DNA of 8,778 bases from Zygophlyctis sp. KS116 (lineage: Eukaryota; Fungi; Chytridiomycota). The stretch spans positions 1-8,778 of the forward strand of contig BAAFSQ010000366.1 in NCBI GenBank assembly GCA_054661495.1, written 5' to 3'. The notes under the pieces were generated by a model. It ran no database searches and was not told where the DNA came from. It saw only the letters and a program-made list of their open reading frames with translations. Made by a program: the position numbers and the translations under genes. Position 1 is the first letter of the stretch; each line of letters starts with the position of its first letter. Shown here piece by piece: positions 1 to 7,353 of this stretch.

Positions 1-15
1 ATACTAATCTAAAAG

Positions 16-187
16 CTCAAATAAAATCACTTCTTGCTCAGAAAACTTGAAAACGTCGTTAAGAAAAGCAACTGACTCTTTAAAAGCTCAGTGCGAAAAA
101 GCCGGAAAACCGCTTACTGGACATGCCAACGATGTCCTTGTTAAATCATTTAGCTTGCTTTCTTTTGCAACAATTTTCATTTTTTAG
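16..187 (+). CDS. Last exon of a GPI-anchored Cys-rich surface protein, paralog copy A (5' part outside the window)
   Basis: A branch-like TACTAAT (2-8) and acceptor AG (14-15) are followed by (C)SNKITSCSENLKTSLRKATDSLKAQCEKAGKPLTGHANDVLVKSFSLLSFATIFIF* (TAG 185-187). This is 35/56 aa identical, without gaps, to the last exon of the 932-1586 gene and has the same splice phase. Confidence 0.88.
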
Positions 188-312
188 CAGATCATATAAA
201 GATATTTCTCATTTTAAGAAACTTCTATTCATGAGTTGTCTAGGGACATTTGGTTGATGCTACATCTTCTGTTTTCACGATGCAGTAGCCGATGGCATAA
301 TTAAAATTGACT

Positions 313-497
313 TGGTTAGTTATGAAATAATCTCATTCCAGTCGTGTTCTAAATTGATCTACTAATTTACTGAAATCAAGACTCTTTAGCCGGGCTGATT
401 CAAAATGCTTTAAATGCAAAGATAAATATAAATCAGGTAGATTCTATCACTGCCTTCCCATTGAGCTCTCTATCTTTGGCTCATATTCATTTTCTAG
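313..497 (+). pseudogene. Decayed 3' remnant of the same surface-protein family (copy B)
   Basis: 449-503 (actgccttcccattgagctctctatctttggctcatattcattttctagcagatc) aligns with the end of copy C (ctgcctattcattgagcttactggctttaacagccatattcattttctaggtagatc) but is frameshifted. Upstream lies an intron-like TG|GTTAGT...CCAG (315-341, 27 nt) followed by C-RVLN-*(TGA)-x16-C. The upstream part is less certain than the tail. Confidence 0.6.
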
Positions 498-931
498 CAG
501 ATCTAAGACATAATTGTTCTGATCGATGCCTAAACTTGTCAATGGTTTAATATTATGGGCAAGATTCTGTATTATGAGGTTTGTAGAGATCGGATATTGA
601 TTTTTTCGATGCGCTAAATTACATGGAATAATTGATTTTGTTTGGCAGAATGTATTTAATAAGGGAAGCATATTTATTAAATCGTGAATTATCATACCGA
701 ATCGTAAGATTAGCAATCAATTTAAGGAATCAATTATTGGAGACTCAAAGAATTTTCGAAAGGATCCGGAAATCATTTGATCATTTTGTTTTCAAGATTC
801 ATGTGTTAATGAGGTGTATTGGTGACACAGATAAATGATTAAGGAGCATTGTATTAGTTATAGCATTTTATTGATAGATAAAAACTATAAATAGCATGAA
901 GTTACATTCTAACCCCCAGTCATAAGAAAAA

Positions 932-1586
932 ATGTTTGCCATTCTGATCATTCCAGCCATTCTTCTATCTCAAACAATTGCTCAATCAGCTGAATGCTCA
1001 CAAGGTCTTGTTGTTTGTCAGAATGCATATTCGCAATCTCTAAATCAAAGCTGTAATCCTGGATCTTCTCTCGACGGGACTGATTTAATCAAATCGCAAG
1101 ATTGTGCTTGCTCGACTAAAAAGACACTTGATGATTGGTAATGTTTCATATCCCTAAGACCAGTATGAACAAACTTCCATGCAATAATGCTACCAAAATA
1201 GATTTTTCTGCAAATGTTGTTGGTTTCATTGATCCATGCGACAACTTATCATGTCGTAACGGCTTTCTCACTTGCTTAGATAAATATCTTGCTAAACCAT
1301 GCAATATCAAGTTTTCAATCGGACAAACATCCTCTAATAACACATTGGATTGTGTATGTCCCAGATTTTCTGGGTATTCTGATTGGTAAATTATAGTTCA
1401 TATAAAGTTATTAGCATGGATAAAATCACTTCTTGCTCAAGTATTTGGAAATCTTCGCTAAAAAATGCAACTGATTCTTTGAAATCTGACTGCGAAAAAG
1501 CTGGCAAACCACTTACTGGAGGTGCAACGCTTGTCTCTGCCTATTCATTGAGCTTACTGGCTTTAACAGCCATATTCATTTTCTAG
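932..1586 (+). CDS. Secreted, probably GPI-anchored protein with two 8-Cys CFEM-like domains (copy C, 199 aa)
   Basis: Exons 932-1137, 1164-1385, 1415-1586; introns 1138-1163 (26 nt) and 1386-1414 (29 nt) join three ORF-track fragments. Signal peptide MFAILIIPAILLSQTIA; two repeats of C-x6-C-x8/11-C-x16-CxC-x8-C-x5/6-C-x18-C; small-residue site (TGGA) then a hydrophobic C-terminus SAYSLSLLALTAIFIF*. Confidence 0.9.
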
Positions 1587-1679
1587 GTAGATCAGATTAT
1601 TCATAAAGTATGAGTTGTTTTTAGACATCGATTTATATAATACATGACATAAGAATCCCATGTTTCCTTTGCAACTAGC

Positions 1680-1847
1680 AAATACTCTTACAATCCTCAT
1701 GATTTCAGCGTTGCTTCTATCTCAAACGATGGCCCTGTCAGCTTCAGATGCATGCACTGATCTGAATTCGAAAAACCTGGAAATTCATAATCAGTGTCTC
1801 CTTATTTACCAATTTTACTCTCTTTCGCAGTTGTATGCATTTTCTAG
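1680..1847 (+). pseudogene. Internally deleted paralog (copy D): signal peptide joined to the GPI tail
   Basis: TILMISALLLSQTMALSA matches copy C AILIIPAILLSQTIAQSA. In another frame SEFEKPGNS* matches SDCEKAGKP, and LLSFAVVCIF* (TAG 1845-1847, followed by cagatc) matches LLSFATIFIF*. Nearly all of both Cys domains and both introns are missing. Confidence 0.75.
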
Positions 1848-1923
1848 CAGATCCTTTGACCGATCTTGAAGTTTAACAACTTTAAGGGAACATATTTATT
1901 AAATCTTAATATAAAACCAAATC

Positions 1924-2751
1924 TTAACGATTAGCAATTAATTCTTCTAATCGAAGCTTATCTTTTTCAGTGAATAATTTATCTAATTTTAGTCGTGGAG
2001 GAGGAACTAGAAATTCCTTGAGTCTGATTGCCTCTAGGGCAGATGATTGTCCCTCAACCAGACATTTGAGTTCAGAGTTCTATTCATGTTTAAAACTAAA
2101 TGAATTTACCCTGTATGAGAATATTTGATGTAATTTAGATTTCATCCTTTCACTTGCTTTCTGAGCATTTTTCTCACCAATTTTCCTTGCATCTTCATCC
2201 TCGTAACCACAATGAATAATATTCCATTTCTTTTTAGATTCCTTGACTTTATCTCTATATTTTTGCCGTTCTTCATTAAGAAAACTTTTAGCTCGACATT
2301 CACTCTTCATGACTCTATTTAAAATATCAGCATTCGGAACTGAATACGCTTCATATTTAGCAAGAGTTAACGGATGAAGCCGCTTAACTTGTCTCGGATT
2401 TAATTTACTTGGATTAAAGCTGCTATTTGGTTGTAGTTTGAATGGGGAATATTCTAATTCAGTTTGTTCTGATACGTTTTGTCCGGATTTTTCAACCTTG
2501 TCTTCTATTATTTTAGATTTTGGTTGATCTATAGATGTTTTAGACGATGAAGTTCTGATTATTATTTTCTTATTCTTGATTGACTTGCCTTCCATCTGAG
2601 TAGTCTCTGATCGAGGTGCTAAAAATCTAGAATTGGATCCATTCTTTTGAAATCGTTGTGATAGAATCATTGGCATATCTTTTGTAGGAGTTAATAAAAC
2701 ATTAGATTTTGTTACTTGAGGCATATTACAGAGAAGCTCTTGTATTGACAT
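1924..2751 (-). CDS. LKAAEAR1: LKAAEAR-motif family protein (LKAAEAR1-like), about 265 aa
   Basis: Exons 2751-2110 and 2079-1924; 30-nt intron 2109-2080 (GTAAAT...AATAG). The spliced C-terminus KIGEKNAQKASERMKSKLHQIFSYR|NSELKCLVEGQSSALEAIRLKEFLVPPPRLKLDKLFTEKDKLRLEELIANR* follows the recalled family pattern (G.LKAAEAR.R......R..E...L...Q.SA..AIRLE.FLPP......D.L...ER.R.E.I). The start could be a downstream Met (2724, 2676, 2670). Confidence 0.75.
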
Positions 2752-2767
2752 AATTTTACCGTAATGA

Positions 2768-5700
2768 ATGACATCAGCAGTGCATGTAATGTCATCTGCT
2801 ATTGTTAAATTACCATTTAGTATATTAGCTGTATCCGGCTATGAAGAAAACTATCCTGCAGAATCATTAACCGACCATTCAAATCATTCGCAAGGATGGC
2901 AAACCGAGAGATTTTGTATATTTCCCCAGAGCATTATTCTGGCATTCAATTTTGGTAAATGTAGAATAAGAAAGATTCAATTGCTGATCCATGAATACAA
3001 AATACCCAAAAGAATTCAAATATTTGCAGGGAATATAGATCAGACTAAACCAATGCTAAAAGAACAGCCCGATATTGAATTTAAGAGCCTTGGGTTTATT
3101 GATCTTTGCGATAATACCAATCATTCTTACCGCTCAAGAGAATTGAAATCGATACATGTAGACATTGAAGCTACTCATTTGAAAATGGTTCTCAACAAGA
3201 ATTACATTAATGTCTTGAATCTATATAATCAAGTATAAAAGTATTTACAATTAAAAATTTAGGTTGGGATTGTAGCTATTAATTTATTAGGAGAAGTTAT
3301 GGACACAAATTATATGATCAAGACAATGTCCGAAACCAATGGATTGTATTATGGCGTAATTTCATATTTTTAATTCTAGCTGGTGAATAAACTAGACAAG
3401 GATAGTCTTGTTAATGGATTTATCAATCATGATTTGATAGATACTAGAATTCCCTTCTTGCACGATTTATCGTTTGATTATCATCAAGATGTTAAAATGA
3501 TTAGATTTATAGCTGCAGTCTCAGATGCAAAGTTAGAAGCCGTTAGAATAGAGAATTTTGGAGTAGCTAAAGCTTTAAAAACTGTGCTAAATAACTCAAA
3601 GATTGTAATTTAAAAAATTAAAGAAAAGGCTAGCTCTAGAATAATTAAAATTCAAATGGAAAAGGAAAAGTATATTTTGAATGAAGATTATGATCAAGCA
3701 CAAATATGTAAGACTGAAATTGAAGAAATCAAATCATCTTTAATTAAAAAATTACAAAGTTTTGGACTTGATATCGATCATAATGGGATTATATATTCTA
3801 TAGATAAAATTGATTCGGTCTTGGTAGAATCAAAATCAGTGAAGAGTTCTAAAGCAGATTCTCTAAATTCTGATTTAACATGTACAACTTCATCTATGTC
3901 AAGTATTGCCAGGCCTTTATCAGATTCATTACAAGAGAAATTAATTGAAACACCCATGGTAGTACCAGACGCCAAAGTTAATACTGAAAAACTATCTAGT
4001 ACATTAAGTTCAACGCAAATTTCAGATGCTTTAATTCCTCAAGAAACATTAAAGATTGCTGGAACTAATGACACGAATGCCAATCTAGAAATTCCAAATC
4101 AGCCTCAGAAAATTCCAATACTTACAAGAACAGGATCACCAATGCTACCAGCTCAACAGAAATTACTTGAGGCAGGTCTAAATGCTACAGAAATATTAGA
4201 AAAGCCCCAATCTCCTATTGAAACCAAATCAAAACCTGTGTCTGTACCTGTAACTGTACCTGTAATAACCAGAACTGGTTCTCCCATTCTACCTGCACAG
4301 CAAAAATTACTCAATCAGCCACAAGAGACATCCCAAAAAGAAGACAAAAAACTATATGATACCGGTAAAGCAGAAACTAAAAATATTCCAAAAGATTTGA
4401 CAGAGCCTGATGCATTATCTACTATTCACATGGAACAATTTTCGACTTGTATTGACATCTTTCAATTATTTGTTGTTCAACATACATTAAGTATCAATTT
4501 TAAAAATAGAGAATTTGGATTGGCTGAAATCTCCAATAAGCTAGTTGAATGGAATAAGAATCGAAATAGTTCAGATATTGATTTATTATCAATTTCTAAA
4601 GCAACAATCCAGCTAGCTGCACACTGCCTGGAAGATTCAAGAGAAAAAAGTAGTTTACAAACATTAAATGTTTTGGATCAACTCTTTGGTAAATCATTTA
4701 AAAATAACGATTAGAAATTTTATCTCAAGAAGGCGGGAAAGATTCCCTTATTCTTAATAATGTGGTTAATCTCTTACCTCTATTGATATCAAAAGCTGGA
4801 GAAACCAATCCAAGAATCAAATCTGTAACCTTTATATTTTCTAAATTTTAGAAATCCTCTGATATTTTGAAAAAAATGATGAGAATATACCACAAGCCCC
4901 CAAATTCTATTTTACCAGAACTATTAAAACCGTTTGATCAGAAAAAGGGAGGAATTATCAATCCAAAAATCTTAAAATCACGTTTAGAAATTCTAAATTT
5001 TGCAATTAGTGAATATGGAATTTCTGATAAAGATCCCAAATTTAGCAGCACAGTAAGATTCTTAAAACTTATTCAAGTCGATTATCTCTTTTATAAAACC
5101 GTTTATCGACAATACCAATACTGATGTTCGAGACTTGGCTTACACAATTATGGCCCAAATATGTATTACTCTTGGAGACTCATTTCCAAAAGAATCTACA
5201 AGCTTTATGCGAGATGCACAAAAGGAAATACTCTCAAAGAAGATCAACTCTCTTGGAGGTCTAAAACCCGCACCAGCATCTAGTTCTAAATCTTCCAAGT
5301 CTTCCAAATCTAAAAGTAACATTTTATTTCTTGTAATATATTAGCAAAATCTAAAGATTCTAAAGAATCTCGTAAAGAATCTAAATCCGATAAAAATCTA
5401 GATACCATAGACCACAAAGACTTAAAAACCCAAGATTTACCGCCAAAAGTAAAAAGTAAGAAAACAACATTTTCAGATAAATCAATTCCTGATTCAAAGA
5501 CTGATAAAGACTCTAAAGAAACCTGTTTATTTTGTGAAAAATCTATTCCAAAAACTCTAGACGGCTTAGAAGAACATTATGCAAAAGATTGCCCATATTT
5601 AGTTCATTGCCCTCAATGCAATCTAATAGTTGAAATCATTCAATTACAAACTCATATGTATGGTAGCTGTGAATTCGCACCATCAGATCCTAAATCAGTA

Positions 5701-5925
5701 ATTATTTTTTACTTAAAGAAATAGTGTGACCAATGCCACCTTTTAGTACCTCTTGTAGACTATAAATCTCACAGATCAAAAAAAAAATGTAAAATTTGGA
5801 ACATAGATCATGATCCTAGCATTTGTGGACTTTGTAAGAAATCTATAATGGGAAAATCTGGATGGAAAATACATGTTTCCTCTGATAAAAAATGTATCGC
5901 AAAAAGACAAAAAAAGATCAAATAG
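2768..5925 (+). CDS. CEP104: Centrosomal/ciliary-tip protein CEP104 (FAP256), about 981 aa, 9 exons
   Basis: Exons 2768-3232, 3263-3355, 3380-3604, 3629-4688, 4715-4824, 4852-5052, 5078-5315, 5345-5697, 5725-5925 (2946 nt, open throughout); introns of 30, 24, 24, 26, 27, 25, 29 and 27 nt. N-terminal jelly-roll domain (GWQTERFCIFPQ..RIRKIQLLIHEYKIP..SRELKSIHV..NLYNQVGIVAINLLG), coiled coil (KLEAVRIENFGVAK; EDYDQAQICK), TOG/HEAT region (LLISKAGETNPRIK; DNTNTDVRDLA) and four C2HC zinc fingers (CLFC, CPQC, CDQC, CGLC). Alternative start at 2789. Confidence 0.95.
4115..4312 (+). repeat. Two copies of an 18-aa motif within the CEP104 linker
   Basis: PILTRTGSPMLPAQQKLL (4115-4168) and PVITRTGSPILPAQQKLL (4259-4312), 144 nt apart. 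Confidence 0.9.
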
Positions 5926-5938
5926 ACAGAGTTAGAAA

Positions 5939-6127
5939 TTATTTAGAATTATTAATAGATGTAAAGCAATCCTTGAATTCCTTCATTTCCTGTTTGCATT
6001 CCCTCCAATCCTTTTTTTCCAAATAGCAGTCTTGTAATTTGATATGATGGGCAAAACAACCAGATCGTTTAATGCGAGCGATATAAGGATCATCATTGTC
6101 CTGATCCATTTCCTGATTTCCCTTCAT
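5939..6127 (-). CDS. COA4: Cytochrome c oxidase assembly factor 4 (twin CX9C/CHCH protein)
   Basis: DDPYIARIKRSGCFAHHIKLQDCYLEKKDWRECKQEMKEFKDC: twin CX9C with the COA4-type DP...I..SGC and DWR.C...M..F..C signatures. The start is 6127 or 6109 (GAAATGG, better context). Confidence 0.88.
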   Translation of the reverse strand: MKGNQEMDQDNDDPYIARIKRSGCFAHHIKLQDCYLEKKDWRECKQEMKEFKDCFTSINNSK

Positions 6128-6329
6128 AAATGTCTAATTCTTCTTGATATATATCCCAAACACAATACGCACAACCGCTCATACAACAATTAGTGGGAGG
6201 AACAGGCTCTGGATTAACTACTAGAATAGTATTTGGCTCTGGAAACTTTTTAATAGTTTTGATCGGTATTTCCAGTAATAGATTATAGAACCGATACCGA
6301 TCTCTAGAAAGTGCTGCGGATAGAATGTT
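6093..6329 (-). CDS. OXLD1: Oxidoreductase-like domain protein (OXLD1/Oxidored-like family); start unresolved
   Basis: Stop-to-stop frame absent from the ORF track: NILSAALSRDRYRFYNLLLEIPIKTIKKFPEPNTILVVNPEPVPPTNCCMSGCAYCVWDIYQEELDIYEGKSGNGSGQ* (TGA 6095-6093). The P..PTNCCMSGC..CVWD.Y.EEL motif is characteristic of this family. Confidence 0.85.
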   Translation of the reverse strand, partial: NILSAALSRDRYRFYNLLLEIPIKTIKKFPEPNTILVVNPEPVPPTNCCMSGCAYCVWDIYQEELDIYEGKSGNGSGQ

Positions 6330-6502
6330 TTAACTGTGCCTTGCCCACTGGTTGTGAATCTTTACGCTCTACTAACAAGTCTAATATTTGAATTATGCAA
6401 AATGGTTTATGTAGTTGTTGCAATCGGTAATCAATTGGAGCTGGTTGGCTAACTTGATGTTTGCCGTTTGGCGTTGATCCTATTATTAGAATTAAGGACA
6501 TT

Positions 6503-6535
6503 GTATGTTTCTATTTATAGTCTAACGATTTTTAG
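6503..6535 (+). other. Probable 33-nt 5'-UTR intron of the 6539 gene
   Basis: Canonical GTATGT donor, CTAAC branch point (6522-6526) and TTTTTAG acceptor ending 3 nt before ATG 6539. The upstream in-frame sequence hits TGA (6455-6457) with no ATG. Confidence 0.55.
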
Positions 6536-6538
6536 GAA

Positions 6539-7326
6539 ATGTCAGTAAGCTGTATTTCTCTTTCTGCTTCTCAAGCTTGCCCAATGTACTCTGGTATTTC
6601 CATAAGCTATCAATCAGTCACAGAATTTGATCAATTCATACAAAACAAGATGTCACTAGAATTAAACATAAATTGTCCATCATTTAAGAATGAAGGTCTT
6701 AGATATCAGATATCTACAGCTTGTGGGATGTATGTAGATATTTTAAAAAGTAATTGTAATCCTGCTGATGATATACTACCAATATGTAATAATATTGTCG
6801 GAGTAACAATTGCATCTATACAGAATATGGCTAACGGTGAATGTAATAAGAATAATAATCCTATTTTGGGTGTTATTCAAAATTATGCAAGAAATAATCC
6901 TGGGAATACTAGTTGTGTTGATGCTTCAACAGTTGAAAAGAATTCATGTGGTAAATTTATATAAATTTATACAAAGGATTTAGAACAAGGGAGGAACAAA
7001 AGCAATATTGCTTTAGAAATAAATTTGTGGATACTTGTTGCTCGTCATTTAAGCCTGTTTCATCTATTTTAAATCAATCAGTAAAGGCTGATGATTCTAC
7101 AATTAGTTTAACAGAAGAAGATTATCTTAAAGAATCTGCAAATCGTTATTTAGGAACAGCACTATTTATATATGCAACTATAGGAACAACTATCTCTTGT
7201 ATAATAATGACATCAGTCTCTATATTCTATGTAATGAAGAGGCAAATACACTTAGATAAAATGCCTCATCAAAACGCAGCAAATATTGCAGACAAGATTT
7301 CTACACGAAACTCTTTATACTTTTAA
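6539..7326 (+). CDS. Cys-rich ectodomain single-pass membrane protein, about 253 aa
   Basis: Exons 6539-6950 and 6977-7326; 26-nt intron 6951-6976 gives ...EKNSCG|FRTREEQKQYCFRNKFVDTCC. There are 12 Cys in the N-terminal domain, a TM helix LGTALFIYATIGTTISCIIMTSVSIFYVM followed by KR, and a tail of about 30 aa. CISL..S..CP / LRY..S..C / E.N.CGF..YC..D.CC resembles a fungal membrane-protein ectodomain (from recall). Confidence 0.8.
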
Positions 7327-7353
7327 GAATTTATAGAAATTACTGCGTATTGA

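Noticed and set aside
447-838. ORFs 447-716 (-) and 632-838 (+)
   Set aside because: No recognisable motifs, they overlap each other, and the first is antisense to the copy B remnant; likely spurious.
2711-2725. RFX X-box-like site (TATGCCTCAAGTAAC on the minus strand) near CEP104
   Set aside because: Only one good half-site, and it lies within probable coding sequence.
2080-5724. Alternative genetic code (TAA/TAG read as sense) explaining the in-frame stops
   Set aside because: Every interruption is bounded by GTA...AG, seven of the 13 in the window also shift frame, removal restores ungapped conserved motifs, and genes end at TAA/TAG where expected.
6116-6122. GGGAAAT slippery heptamer fusing OXLD1 to COA4
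   Set aside because: A -1 slip here moves ribosomes from the COA4 frame into the OXLD1 frame; fusion would need +1.
6952-6969. 18-nt perfect palindrome TAAATTTATATAAATTTA inside an intron
   Set aside because: Pure A/T low-complexity sequence; plausibly chance or slippage.
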